Virus record (IMG/VR): IMGVR_UViG_2534681708_000006
Location: 1-48,263 of that record
Reading direction: 5' to 3' (one strand)
DNA length: 48,263 bases
DNA from: a virus
Taxonomy: Duplodnaviria > Heunggongvirae > Uroviricota > Caudoviricetes
The stretch's first letter is position 1, and each line of letters begins with the position of its first letter. The position numbers were made by a program, and so were the translations under genes. Shown piece by piece: positions 26,908 through 36,712 of the stretch. The notes beneath the pieces are model-generated. The model did no database searches, was not told the origin of the DNA, and saw only the letters and a program-made list of their open reading frames with translations.

Positions 26908-28210
26908 AGTGGCAGAACGCATCAGGGACGGAACCGTACCGTCTCCGGTGAAATTCTCCAACATGTGGCTGGTGAATTTGCGCATAACCGGAACCGGGCT
27001 TGCCTATCGCGCCGGGCTGAAAGAGCACGTCTGGCGTGATCCAAAGCTCTATCTGAACGAGGAGTTTTTAAGGCGATGCAATGGCCTTCCGGTTATCGCA
27101 AACCATCCTGACGACGCAGTTCTGACGGAGGAGGACTTTAAATCGCGGATCGTCGGTAGCGTCATGCTGCCGTATATCCGGGGTGATGAGGTATGGGCGG
27201 TGTGCCGCGTTTACCTCCAGAGCATTGTTGAAGAAATCACTGAGGGGGATGTTTCGACAAGCCCGTCGGTGGTGTTCAACAGCACATCAGGAAATGTGGA
27301 AGTACAGGAAGGTGACACCAATTTTTTAATCGAAGGCGTTCCTTTCCTGGTTGATCACATCGCCCTGGTGACGAAAGCCCACGGCTCGCTGGGCGTGTGG
27401 GATAAAGACCGGATCCCCGCAGGGGTTGAAGTGACAAACACAGGTGAAATCGAGATGGAAAAAGAAGAACTCCAGGCCCTGTTACAGGGGGTGGTGAACG
27501 ATGCCCTGAGCGGCATTAATCAGAAAATCGATGGAGTAGTCACGCGCATGGACTCACTGGAACAGCGGGACAAAGCGCGGGCGGATGCCGAAGAGCAGGC
27601 GAAAAAAGAGGCCGAAGAAAAGGCCAAAGCCGATGAAGCCGCAGAGGAACAGCGTAAAGCTGATGAAGCTGCAGCAAAGGAGGCGGAAGAAAAAGCCAAA
27701 GCTGACGAGGCAGCAGCCAAAGATGCTGAGGAGAAAGCAAAGGCTGATTCCGAAGCAGAAGAACAGCGTAAGGCCGACGAGGAGGCAGAAAAAGAACGCA
27801 ATGATTCTGCCCTGGCAGAAGCGCAGGCAAAAGCCGACTCCGCATTCAGTGCCTGCGGTAAAAACGCGCCAGCACCGTTTTCTGGTGAAAATGCGCTGGA
27901 CTACCGCAAGCGTGCGCTAATCGCTATGCAGAAACACTCTCCAGCACACAAGGACGTCAATATTCGCGCGATTGCGGATTCTGCAACGCTGGCTGTGCTT
28001 GAGGACGCAATTTTCAGTGCCGCCCGTCAGTCCATCGAAAAAGAAATGATGAGTACGCAGGGGCAACTGCATAAACGTATCCGCAACGATGAAGCCGGGC
28101 GTCGCATTACTGAATATCAGGGCGATCCGAACGTCTGGCTGAGTGCCTTCAAAATTCCGGGGCGTCGTCTGGCAAAAATTAACACTCAAGGGAGCCTGAA
28201 CAATGGCTGA
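26888..28210 (+). CDS. Putative scaffold/prohead protein with Ala-Glu-Lys coiled-coil repeats
   Basis: GTG start with GGAGAAGGG RBS; internal EEKAKADEAA-type repeats. Confidence 0.4.
   Translation: MSLTELEVAERIRDGTVPSPVKFSNMWLVNLRITGTGLAYRAGLKEHVWRDPKLYLNEEFLRRCNGLPVIANHPDDAVLTEEDFKSRIVGSVMLPYIRGDEVWAVCRVYLQSIVEEITEGDVSTSPSVVFNSTSGNVEVQEGDTNFLIEGVPFLVDHIALVTKAHGSLGVWDKDRIPAGVEVTNTGEIEMEKEELQALLQGVVNDALSGINQKIDGVVTRMDSLEQRDKARADAEEQAKKEAEEKAKADEAAEEQRKADEAAAKEAEEKAKADEAAAKDAEEKAKADSEAEEQRKADEEAEKERNDSALAEAQAKADSAFSACGKNAPAPFSGENALDYRKRALIAMQKHSPAHKDVNIRAIADSATLAVLEDAIFSAARQSIEKEMMSTQGQLHKRIRNDEAGRRITEYQGDPNVWLSAFKIPGRRLAKINTQGSLNNG
27580..27800 (+). repeat. Imperfect tandem repeats (about 33-42 nt units) encoding EEKAKADEAA / EEQRKADE
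   Basis: Read in DNA and protein. Confidence 0.6.
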
Positions 28211-28820
28211 TATTAACTTTCATCCGTTTAAAAACCGTGGAGCATTTGGTGGCCTTTTTAACGTCGAATCCCGTGGGCTGATGCAGGGGGATGCGCAGGA
28301 TGATCCGGCAATTCGTCTGCAACTTTGCTCCGGTCGACTGGACAGCAAAATCACTGAACCGGTATGGGGTGGCGTTGGAGTTATGGAGTGCATTGCTCCC
28401 GCGAAAGACAGCGTTAACGGCGCGGTAATTAAACAAGCCACGAAGGACGCCTGTAACGCCTTTACTGTCTTTAATCAGGCATTTCATGGCATTACCACGC
28501 CGGATAATCCGGTGCCGTTATATCTCGCGGGTGGCTTTGTTCACTATTACCGCGTTGGCTCAGGTGCCCGCATTCCTCTCCCTGTCAGTGCAGAAGTTGT
28601 TGCGCTGGCTGATGGAAATAACACCGTTGCTGCCAGTGGTTTTGTGTGGGATCTGACGAAAAACATGGTTGATGTTTATTCGGGATCACCCGGCGCTAAT
28701 CCGAAAGTGGATATTAAGCTGCTGATGATTTCAGTTGACGGAAACCTGACGGTGAAAAAAGAGGATGGCGGTAACGTTGTCTGGGAAATCGGCAAACCGT
28801 GCGGCCTGTTTTTAATTTAA
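28203..28820 (+). CDS. Hypothetical head protein
   Basis: 205 aa, GGAG RBS; position. Confidence 0.4.
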   Translation: MADINFHPFKNRGAFGGLFNVESRGLMQGDAQDDPAIRLQLCSGRLDSKITEPVWGGVGVMECIAPAKDSVNGAVIKQATKDACNAFTVFNQAFHGITTPDNPVPLYLAGGFVHYYRVGSGARIPLPVSAEVVALADGNNTVAASGFVWDLTKNMVDVYSGSPGANPKVDIKLLMISVDGNLTVKKEDGGNVVWEIGKPCGLFLI

Positions 28821-28834
28821 GGGGATATTAATTA

Positions 28835-29863
28835 ATGAGCGCATTTACTCCTGCGACTACTATTGTGTCGCCGTCAATGGTGCTGCCGGAAATGATCGTG
28901 CAACAGAGCATGGCTTCCGGGGCGTTTGAAGTCCTGGCTGGTGGTACTCCAGCGGTAAAAATCAGTTCCAGTGATTTGATGGTCTATCAGAAATATCTGC
29001 GCATGACCTCGCAGGCGCAGGTCAGCCAGTCTCTGCCGGGTCAGTTACCGTCTTCCAGTATCTCTGGCGGCTATGACGGAATGATGACTTACCGAATTTC
29101 TTCCCGCTCGCAATACAGCTATCTCGATACTGATGCAGCAGATCGCTGGGGCTATTCTCTGATTGAAGGCCTGCGCCTGGCTAACCGTCAGGGACACGCT
29201 CAAATGTTGCGTAATATGCTGCTGTATGGCGTGAATGCAGCTAATAACGAGGGGATCACCAACTCACCGAACGCAGTGACGCTGAATCTGGGCAACGACA
29301 GCAAAGGTAACGATTCGTACACCACCTGGGATTCCGGCGAGATGGCTAAATTTATGCTTGGCCTGATTGCTGACCAGAAAACCCGCATGTTGCTGCTGGG
29401 GCAGCCATTAACGACTGTTATTCTGAGCCCACAGCGATTCATGAAGGCTCTGGAGTGGACAGGAATTGTTGAGCTGACCAGTTATCAGCGTCCTGGTGGT
29501 GGTACCGGAACGGTGGGAACGATGGTTAAAGATGTCGCCGATAAGGCGACAGGCGACGACATCATTTTCTGCCAGGACGACACGCTGATCGGTAAAGGCG
29601 CTGGTGGTAATGACCTGATCATCGTTACGAACCCGACGATTGAGGTTCCGGAAGCGCGTCACACCATTAACACCAATATTTTCTCCACGCTGGTACCTAA
29701 CCAGCAGGCCGTCAACGTGATGTTCTGTGATATGGCAGCGCCGACGGAAATCCCGTCCCCTATGCCGGATGGCGGCCTGACCACGTTGTATACCATGCGC
29801 GCGACGCCGGGCTGGAACTTCCGCCCTGAGGGGATCACCCTGTTGTCTGCCAAATACGCATAA
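28835..29863 (+). CDS. Putative major capsid protein
   Basis: 342 aa; followed by a strong intrinsic terminator as expected for a highly expressed capsid gene. Confidence 0.5.
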   Translation: MSAFTPATTIVSPSMVLPEMIVQQSMASGAFEVLAGGTPAVKISSSDLMVYQKYLRMTSQAQVSQSLPGQLPSSSISGGYDGMMTYRISSRSQYSYLDTDAADRWGYSLIEGLRLANRQGHAQMLRNMLLYGVNAANNEGITNSPNAVTLNLGNDSKGNDSYTTWDSGEMAKFMLGLIADQKTRMLLLGQPLTTVILSPQRFMKALEWTGIVELTSYQRPGGGTGTVGTMVKDVADKATGDDIIFCQDDTLIGKGAGGNDLIIVTNPTIEVPEARHTINTNIFSTLVPNQQAVNVMFCDMAAPTEIPSPMPDGGLTTLYTMRATPGWNFRPEGITLLSAKYA

Positions 29864-29882
29864 ACGTTCAATCTGATAATGC

Positions 29883-29907
29883 GGGGAGCTAAATGCTCCC
29901 CTTTTTT
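29883..29907 (+). terminator. Intrinsic terminator (GGGGAGC-TAAAT-GCTCCCC + T6)
   Basis: Perfect 7-bp GC stem plus T-run right after the capsid gene. Confidence 0.65.
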
Positions 29908-29920
29908 GTGGGAAAAATTT

Positions 29921-30391
29921 ATGAAGCTCTACATCGCTAACTGCTCACGTCAGCCGCACACGTTCAACTACAAACTCCCCGAAAAAACGCAGTCGTTCGG
30001 TGTGACAATTCCGTCCGGACGTCAGCATATGATCGAAAATCAGTCCGATATTATCGACCACATCATCCGACAGCATGAGCCTTACGGATTCCAGCGTTGT
30101 GACAAGGTGGACAAGAATTTTTCCGGTATCTGCTATTCCATCGATAAACCTGTGAGCGTCGGTCGCATTGAGGATTGCGCGGAGCAGAAAACGGAAAATC
30201 TGGAATCCCTGTCAGAAGAAATTCTCGCAGCCAGCGCCGTATCGCTGAATAACGCAGTGGATCAGGCAGTGATTCAGAGTGGCGAAAAACCTCAACCGGG
30301 TGGCATTGAAATGGAAATCACCGGGGAAGCGATTAACACTGAACAGGAAAATCCGCCCAGCACAAAGCGAAATATTAAGGTTAAAAAATAA
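29921..30391 (+). CDS. Hypothetical structural protein
   Basis: Start at MKLYIANCS; the upstream ATG 29879 lies inside the terminator hairpin. Confidence 0.45.
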   Translation: MKLYIANCSRQPHTFNYKLPEKTQSFGVTIPSGRQHMIENQSDIIDHIIRQHEPYGFQRCDKVDKNFSGICYSIDKPVSVGRIEDCAEQKTENLESLSEEILAASAVSLNNAVDQAVIQSGEKPQPGGIEMEITGEAINTEQENPPSTKRNIKVKK

Positions 30392-30831
30392 TGACCTTGC
30401 GTCCGTCACTGGAGGGATTTATTCGCTTTGTTCGTGACGACATGAAAGTACCGGTTCATGCTATTGCTGACGATGATCCGACGCTGGAATGTTGCTTTCA
30501 GTCTGCGATGGAGCTAATCCCTCATGATCAGGGGCTGGAGCGTTTACCCATCATCTATGTGCGAACGGTTTATAACGCTGCCGCCTCATTTCTCCTGAAT
30601 TTCGCTCCCGGCTCGTGGTTTGCCGACCTGAGAAAAAAACTCAACCTTGGGAAACTGGCTACCGGGCTTGTCAGTGCGGCAGCAGACCAGGGGACATCGG
30701 GTTCGATCACCATCAGCGATGCGCTGAGTAATCTGTCTTTGCTGGATTTGCAGATGTTACAGGATCCGTATGGACGACAGGTTGTTGCGGTGCTGATGCA
30801 GATGGGCACGGTATGGGGTTACACGCCATGA
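30391..30831 (+). CDS. Hypothetical head-tail joining protein
   Basis: Position; overlapping start/stop with neighbours. Confidence 0.4.
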   Translation: MTLRPSLEGFIRFVRDDMKVPVHAIADDDPTLECCFQSAMELIPHDQGLERLPIIYVRTVYNAAASFLLNFAPGSWFADLRKKLNLGKLATGLVSAAADQGTSGSITISDALSNLSLLDLQMLQDPYGRQVVAVLMQMGTVWGYTP

Positions 30832-31268
30832 AATTTTGTTTTGGGGTTATCGACCAGCCGTATGACTACGGCGACGAACCGGGAAAAACCACGTTTGACG
30901 TGGCCTGTGACCTCGAGGAACGATACGAAATTTTTACGCACTTCTGGGAAATGCATAAGGACGAGATTATCCAGGAGGCAGGTACTGAACTGGCGTACCA
31001 GTTGGTCAATCACTTCAAGTATAAGGCTCCGCTACCTGGCGAGCATTTTCTGGAAGGGACCGGGAAGATTTTCCATATATTTCTTGAAACCGAAGAAATG
31101 GCCGGAATGACGATCAACGGAAATCAGGTCCCAACCCAGGCTGCGTTACTGGGTGTTAACTCAAGGCTTAAGGACAAATATACCGGGGAGCGGCGCCCGT
31201 CATTCATAGATGGCGGCCTGTTTAAGGGCAGCTTTATAGCGTGGATAGATAACAATGCCGAGTCTTGA
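30828..31268 (+). CDS. Hypothetical structural protein
   Basis: ATG overlapping previous stop (ATGA). Confidence 0.4.
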   Translation: MKFCFGVIDQPYDYGDEPGKTTFDVACDLEERYEIFTHFWEMHKDEIIQEAGTELAYQLVNHFKYKAPLPGEHFLEGTGKIFHIFLETEEMAGMTINGNQVPTQAALLGVNSRLKDKYTGERRPSFIDGGLFKGSFIAWIDNNAES

Positions 31269-32199
31269 GGAATTAGCTGAACAGCACAGTTCGCAGCTCT
31301 CGTCCGTTCTTAAATCCGCAGTGGAAACTATCTCGTCAGACCAGGAAATCACGTTCAGGCTCTATGTCCGGCAGGTTCTGCCGCTGGATGGCTTTGTCTA
31401 TTGGGTTAATGCGGAAATCATCAGTTGCGATGAACTGTGTCGCCTGAATATTGAGTCACCAACTCGTCTGAAAATCAAAGGCAGTCTGCATCGTCAGGTT
31501 ATTGCGATTCAGGACGAGTCTGTCTCGAAGGATGTGAACAACATTATTTTCACGCCTGTTCAGCAGGTTGATGATTTTAATGTGGAAAATCCCGATGCGA
31601 TCTATCTCGGTGAGTACGGCGGCGTCCAGTTTGCTTTTTCTCGAATGGAGAGCCGTTATCAGCAGTCGGGTATTTTTCATTATCGCGGTATGGCGATTTT
31701 ACCAACCATGCGCTCTCAGATTATCGACTGCGAGGAGGATATCAGCGACGAGCAGATCATCTCCAACAGCATCCCGATCTGGCTGCAAATGAAAGATGCC
31801 GCGACCGTGTATCCGTCTTACCTGGTACCGCAGAACCTTCGCCCTCCGTATATCGCGGTGGATGTTCGCAACAGTATTTCGTTGCAGGTGGCTCCCGTTG
31901 TTTTCGGCGGTGAGCGGTTCCAGCTAGTCCAGGATTCGGTTCGCCTGACGCTTTACGGATTCAGCAACAAAATGGCGCTGGATCTTGTCGACTCGGTGGT
32001 GAACAGGGCGTTGGAGGAGGAAAAGTTTGGTGTAACCAATATTCCGGTGGTTCAGGACGCAAAGTCGGGACAGGTTGAAATCAACGCTCTGGCGAAGAAA
32101 AAGATTGTCGATTTTGACGTGAATTACTACCAGAGCACAGCCCGGGAAATATCCCGGCAGTTGATTGAAAAAGTTATTTGTAAATATGAGGTTAAATAA
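31255..32199 (+). CDS. Hypothetical structural protein
   Basis: 314 aa; position before sheath gene. Confidence 0.4.
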   Translation: MPSLEELAEQHSSQLSSVLKSAVETISSDQEITFRLYVRQVLPLDGFVYWVNAEIISCDELCRLNIESPTRLKIKGSLHRQVIAIQDESVSKDVNNIIFTPVQQVDDFNVENPDAIYLGEYGGVQFAFSRMESRYQQSGIFHYRGMAILPTMRSQIIDCEEDISDEQIISNSIPIWLQMKDAATVYPSYLVPQNLRPPYIAVDVRNSISLQVAPVVFGGERFQLVQDSVRLTLYGFSNKMALDLVDSVVNRALEEEKFGVTNIPVVQDAKSGQVEINALAKKKIVDFDVNYYQSTAREISRQLIEKVICKYEVK

Positions 32200-33536
32200 T
32201 GGGATTTAATATCGTCACGGTGAATGTGTCCCAGACCATCGGGGTCATACCCTCGAATCTGCAGCAGATGTCTGCGGTTCTCTCGTTTGGCTCCACGACT
32301 CATGAACCGGGGAAGCCTGTATTACTCACCAGCAATCAGGATATTAACGATCTGGTTAAAAATCCGATTGCTGCGTTGTCGGCGGCTGCCGCAGGAAAAT
32401 CTGCGGCAAACGTCACCGTTACGATGACGCTTCCGGAAGGGAGCAACATCCGACGCGAAAACAGTTCTGAGGTGAAAATTGTTGTTTCCGGGTGTTTGCC
32501 CGACGCGTGGAATGGCGAATATACTGCTACCGTCACGGATGAAAAAACACTGACCTGGACGATTGCTGATTCTCAGCTTTCCGGTTCGCCAGTGACACTG
32601 GGGCAGTTTTCCATTGTCGGCAGTGAAAATCTGGTGACGGCAGTAAACACGTTTTTTGCCCAGGGAAATTCAGTTGGGATTTACCTGCTGGAGCTGGGAG
32701 TACAGAAAGGCGGGGTCAGTAAGGAAATCGCTGCACTGAAAGCTTATATGGAAGATCCGCTCCTGCGTTTTTACGCGTATCTGGTGCCGCAGTCGTGGGA
32801 TGGTGACGCGGAGTTTATCAGTCTGGCAAAACTCCACACCGCCAACGAAGCGATGCAGTATTTCTTCGTGCTGACGAAAACGCCGGACGACACGAATTAC
32901 GTTTCGCCTTATGCCGGTATTAAGTCGGTTATTGCAACGGCGGATGATACGTACCCGGCGACAAACGCGGCAGCAGCCGTAATGTGGAACTATGTTTCCG
33001 CATCACCTTCAGAAATCAACAAGGTGCCGCCGATGGCATTTCGCTATCTGCAGGCGGTAAACGCCCACAAGGGCAAAAATTCCATTCTGGCCACGATGAC
33101 GAAGCAGAATATTAACTACGTCGAAACGGGGGCTGAGGGCGGAATCTCCAACACGATCCTGGTGAAAGGCGTTACCAGTGACGGTAACGATATGACGTAC
33201 TGGTATTCCGTGGACTGGGTGCAGATTAATGTCGATATGCAGCTCGCCAACACGGTGATCAACGGCAGCAATAACCCAATTAACCCGCTTTACTACAACC
33301 AGGACGGGATCGACCGTCTACAGCAGGTCGCACAGGCGGTGTTCAATACGGGCGTATCTTACGGCCTGGTCAACGGCCAGCCTGTCGTCGATGCAGTGCC
33401 TTTCCGCCAGTATATCAACACGAATCCGAATGATTACGGTATCGGGCGTTATGCGGGCCTTTCGGCCTCCTATACGCCGATGCGCGGATTTGTCGAAATC
33501 ATTTTTAACATCAATGTGACAATGCAGCTTTCGTGA
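32199..33536 (+). CDS. Putative tail sheath protein
   Basis: 445 aa followed by a 147-aa tube-sized gene, chaperone pair and tape measure. Confidence 0.5.
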   Translation: MGFNIVTVNVSQTIGVIPSNLQQMSAVLSFGSTTHEPGKPVLLTSNQDINDLVKNPIAALSAAAAGKSAANVTVTMTLPEGSNIRRENSSEVKIVVSGCLPDAWNGEYTATVTDEKTLTWTIADSQLSGSPVTLGQFSIVGSENLVTAVNTFFAQGNSVGIYLLELGVQKGGVSKEIAALKAYMEDPLLRFYAYLVPQSWDGDAEFISLAKLHTANEAMQYFFVLTKTPDDTNYVSPYAGIKSVIATADDTYPATNAAAAVMWNYVSASPSEINKVPPMAFRYLQAVNAHKGKNSILATMTKQNINYVETGAEGGISNTILVKGVTSDGNDMTYWYSVDWVQINVDMQLANTVINGSNNPINPLYYNQDGIDRLQQVAQAVFNTGVSYGLVNGQPVVDAVPFRQYINTNPNDYGIGRYAGLSASYTPMRGFVEIIFNINVTMQLS

Positions 33537-33547
33537 GGGACTGAACC

Positions 33548-33991
33548 GTGCCTAATCCAATGATCCCCGTTGGCACCCTTAACCGGGTTCGCGCCAGCGT
33601 TAAATTCACCTCTCATTCCGAACTGAATGTGTCCGCCTCATTTCTGGCAAAAGAAGGCGTCGAATTGTCCTTTCAGGGCAATATCACGGAGTTTTTACCC
33701 GCCATGACGGGAGCCGTGCAGTCGCCGCAGCCATACATGATTTTACAGGCGCGTGTTCATCTGCTGCGTAGCCAGGCGCTGGGGAAACAATTCAAGGCGC
33801 AATGGGAAAAGAACGCCACGATCGGCGACGCAAAAGTGTATAGCGACAGCACGGTGTTCGGTGACTTCGATATCTATAACACGGCGATCACCAACGTGCA
33901 GGATATGACCTTCGCCGGGGGCGAGCCGGGTGTGGCCATCACCATTACCGGTACGTATTACATCAACTCTGAAATGTGGGATTTGGTATGA
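33548..33991 (+). CDS. Putative tail tube protein
   Basis: Size and position. Confidence 0.45.
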   Translation: MPNPMIPVGTLNRVRASVKFTSHSELNVSASFLAKEGVELSFQGNITEFLPAMTGAVQSPQPYMILQARVHLLRSQALGKQFKAQWEKNATIGDAKVYSDSTVFGDFDIYNTAITNVQDMTFAGGEPGVAITITGTYYINSEMWDLV

Positions 33992-34605
33992 AAATCGCGC
34001 GAAATTTAAACCTGATTATTCCTGTCCAGACCGAGAAAGGTAAAGCCTGGATTCACGCCACGCCGATCAGCAAAGAGGTGTTTAAAGAGCATTTCTTCAT
34101 CCTGAGTAAAACCTTTTCTGCCATTTTTTCTGAAGGTCTTGGCGTCGTTGCGGGTCCGCGTATCGCTTTTCTGATGCTGGAGCGGATCTCGCGTGATTCC
34201 GGTATCTGGGACGATGATAAGGGAGTTCGTAATACGCTGGTGAACGAAATAATTCGCCTGGCAAACCTTGTTTATCCGGTGGAGGGCAAAGGTTACGACA
34301 CAATCCCTCTTGATATGGCGCTGGAGCGTGAAATCGTTGAGCTGGATGATGTTGCGGGTGAACTCGTTTTTTTTACATGCGTCTCGTCGATAAATTCACC
34401 GGAGCAGGCGAAGGGGACTATGGATGTGGTCAATGGAATATGGAGCACTCAATGCTCGTCATTGAATCTTACGGAATGGATCGCTTCATTGCCGACATTG
34501 AAATCAGCCGCCAGTTCTGGCGCGACGGCGAACACGTCATCAGCGACATCCTCGACTACTCAGCCGGAGCCGGATTCAGAGACATCTGTGCAGATTCCGG
34601 TCTGA
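33976..34605 (+). CDS. Putative tail assembly chaperone (zero-frame product)
   Basis: Lies between tube and tape measure; contains a T8 slippery run at 34367..34374. Confidence 0.45.
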   Translation: MGFGMKIARNLNLIIPVQTEKGKAWIHATPISKEVFKEHFFILSKTFSAIFSEGLGVVAGPRIAFLMLERISRDSGIWDDDKGVRNTLVNEIIRLANLVYPVEGKGYDTIPLDMALEREIVELDDVAGELVFFTCVSSINSPEQAKGTMDVVNGIWSTQCSSLNLTEWIASLPTLKSAASSGATANTSSATSSTTQPEPDSETSVQIPV

Positions 34606-34670
34606 ATGTAAAAACGGCAGCTCAGTTTCGTGAGCTGCTCAAATTCAAAAATCCCGCAGGAGTATTGTGA
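34377..34670 (+). CDS. -1 frame extension ORF (candidate frameshift fusion product with the chaperone)
   Basis: -1 frame opens at 34362 just before the T8 run and ends at the tape-measure start; no RBS of its own. Confidence 0.35.
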   Translation: MRLVDKFTGAGEGDYGCGQWNMEHSMLVIESYGMDRFIADIEISRQFWRDGEHVISDILDYSAGAGFRDICADSGLNVKTAAQFRELLKFKNPAGVL

Positions 34671-36709
34671 TGGCTGGTAACCAGATGCCAGTTCTGACGC
34701 TGGATGTTAATGAAGAACACCTCAAGCGGCTTGAGGCGATATTTGAAAAGTATCGCAATGGTCTGATGATTGGCCCTGCCGGAACGCCAATGAAAATTCC
34801 GGGGCAGAGTGGGCGCGGCGTGGGCGCTGGTTTGCCCGTGGCGGCAAATTCTGGTCGGACAGGACCGGATGTATCCGGGAGAGTGAGGGACGAAAAAGGG
34901 CGCTTTGTTGGCAGCGGAAAAACACCTGATTCGCTGGTGAGCAACTATAAAGGTCGCGGCGAAACGATGTTTGATAAGTATCTCAGTAGTCTGGGTAAAA
35001 ACGCTCAGGGGACGCTGAAAACTTACAAGCAGATCAATTCTACGCTACAGACGACCACTTCGAGATTAAACAACCTGTTTAAAACCACCGTATCGTGGGG
35101 GACAAAACTTGCAGTTATGGGCGTTGCCGGGCCGTTTGGCTTTGGCATGATGGCTCGTAATGTTGTAGAGAAACAGAAAAATGCTGATGAATTGCAGGCA
35201 ACGCCAGGAGAGTTAAAGGCGGCAGAAAGCACTTATTCGCCTTATTTTTCCGGTGTTGGTAATTTGCTCAATACACTGGCAGCCGCGCAGAATGACACTC
35301 AGCATCCTGCCTACAACGGGCTAATTGGGTTAGGGATAAATCCTAAAAAAGGGGCAGCAGAAAATCTCCCTGTGTTGTTAGAAAGAGTTGCTGCTCTTGC
35401 AAAGGAGTATGAGGGAACAGGATTAACTCAAGGGATGTTAAACGGGAGGGGGCTGGGTTGGGTTAACTTTGGCTTTGCTAACCAGTTAGTCAAATATCAG
35501 GACAAAATACCTGAACTCAACAAAGAGTTTTTATTGCGGGCTTCTCAGAATGACTCGTTGCTCACATCTGGACATACAAGTCAGTATCAGAATCTTACCA
35601 GTAACTTAGAAAATAACTGGGACCGGCTTACCAGCGGATTTCAGGGAGCGCTGGCCGGGAATGCAGACGCTTTAATCAGAATTTCTGATGGTACTACGAA
35701 TGCTGCCCTGAATTTCATGAATGGTGAGAACTTTAAAAGGATTCTGACAGATGTAGAAACGGGGCTGGATAAACTTGGTAAGTACGTTAATGGCCCGGAT
35801 TTTAATAACGACCTGAACAATTTTGCCGAAAACGTTGCAAAGGTCACCAAAGCTCTTGGCGGATTTGTTGGCTTTGCGGTTGAACATCCCTGGCTTTTTG
35901 GGGCCGCAGTGCTTGCCGGGCCATCAAGAGTTGGTGCTGTGGCAGCTACAACAACCGGAGTTGCCGCCCGTGTTGTAGGCGGAAGCCTTCTAGGGGCTAC
36001 AGCTGGAACAGTAGCAGGATTGGCTATTCCTACGAATAACACACCTACCACCAGTGAGGAAATGAAAGGGCTGGAAGGCCGTTTTAATTTTGAATATTTT
36101 AATGAAGTGCAGGAGTGGCAAAAAAACAATCCTGGCAAGGTCTGGCCTGGAGGATTGCAGAAATATTCGAACAATGTAAACAGATCAACATATTTATCCA
36201 GAGGGATCAGGAATAACAATCCCGGAAACCTTAATTTCGCAGGACAAAAAGGGGCTACTCTGGAATCAGGGCCAAATGCCCGTTTTGCCAGCTTCCCGAC
36301 GATGCTGGAAGGTATCGCCGCCTTAGATCGGCAGGTCATGCTATACCTGAAACGAGGCAAAAATACGATTGATCAGATTATTGATATTTATGCCCCTTCA
36401 TCTGATGGAAATAACACATCGTCCTATAAAAGCTATCTCTCTCAGTACACTGGATTAGGTGTTAAGGAGAAAATCGATGGTTCTAATTTTGAGCTAATGA
36501 GAAAGCTAATTCAGGGCATTATTAACCATGAAAATGGGGCCGCCGCTCGTGCTGTAAGTGGCGATGATGTGATGCGGGCGCTGGCAATGAACCGGGGGAA
36601 CGTATATTCACCAAATAATGCTTCTCAGGTAATCAGGCTCGAAGTTCAACAAAAACCAGGTTCAGATATACTGGCACAACTCGCCGGAATGCAACAAATA
36701 CCGGGGTAA
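34670..36709 (+). CDS. Putative tail tape measure protein
   Basis: 679 aa, Gly/Ala-rich hydrophobic central segments; AGGAG RBS; ORF track start GTG 34667. Confidence 0.55.
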   Translation: MAGNQMPVLTLDVNEEHLKRLEAIFEKYRNGLMIGPAGTPMKIPGQSGRGVGAGLPVAANSGRTGPDVSGRVRDEKGRFVGSGKTPDSLVSNYKGRGETMFDKYLSSLGKNAQGTLKTYKQINSTLQTTTSRLNNLFKTTVSWGTKLAVMGVAGPFGFGMMARNVVEKQKNADELQATPGELKAAESTYSPYFSGVGNLLNTLAAAQNDTQHPAYNGLIGLGINPKKGAAENLPVLLERVAALAKEYEGTGLTQGMLNGRGLGWVNFGFANQLVKYQDKIPELNKEFLLRASQNDSLLTSGHTSQYQNLTSNLENNWDRLTSGFQGALAGNADALIRISDGTTNAALNFMNGENFKRILTDVETGLDKLGKYVNGPDFNNDLNNFAENVAKVTKALGGFVGFAVEHPWLFGAAVLAGPSRVGAVAATTTGVAARVVGGSLLGATAGTVAGLAIPTNNTPTTSEEMKGLEGRFNFEYFNEVQEWQKNNPGKVWPGGLQKYSNNVNRSTYLSRGIRNNNPGNLNFAGQKGATLESGPNARFASFPTMLEGIAALDRQVMLYLKRGKNTIDQIIDIYAPSSDGNNTSSYKSYLSQYTGLGVKEKIDGSNFELMRKLIQGIINHENGAAARAVSGDDVMRALAMNRGNVYSPNNASQVIRLEVQQKPGSDILAQLAGMQQIPG

Positions 36710-36712
36710 ACC

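Noticed and set aside
27520-27920. ORFs on both strands within the scaffold repeat region
   Set aside because: Generated by the tandem repeat; translations are pure low-complexity.
29879-29920. Upstream ATG start (MRGAKC...) for ORF 29879..30391
   Set aside because: It lies inside the terminator hairpin after the capsid gene; downstream ATG 29921 used instead.
35641-36360. 239-aa minus-strand ORF inside the tape-measure gene
   Set aside because: Antisense shadow ORF with low-complexity Pro/Ala-rich translation.
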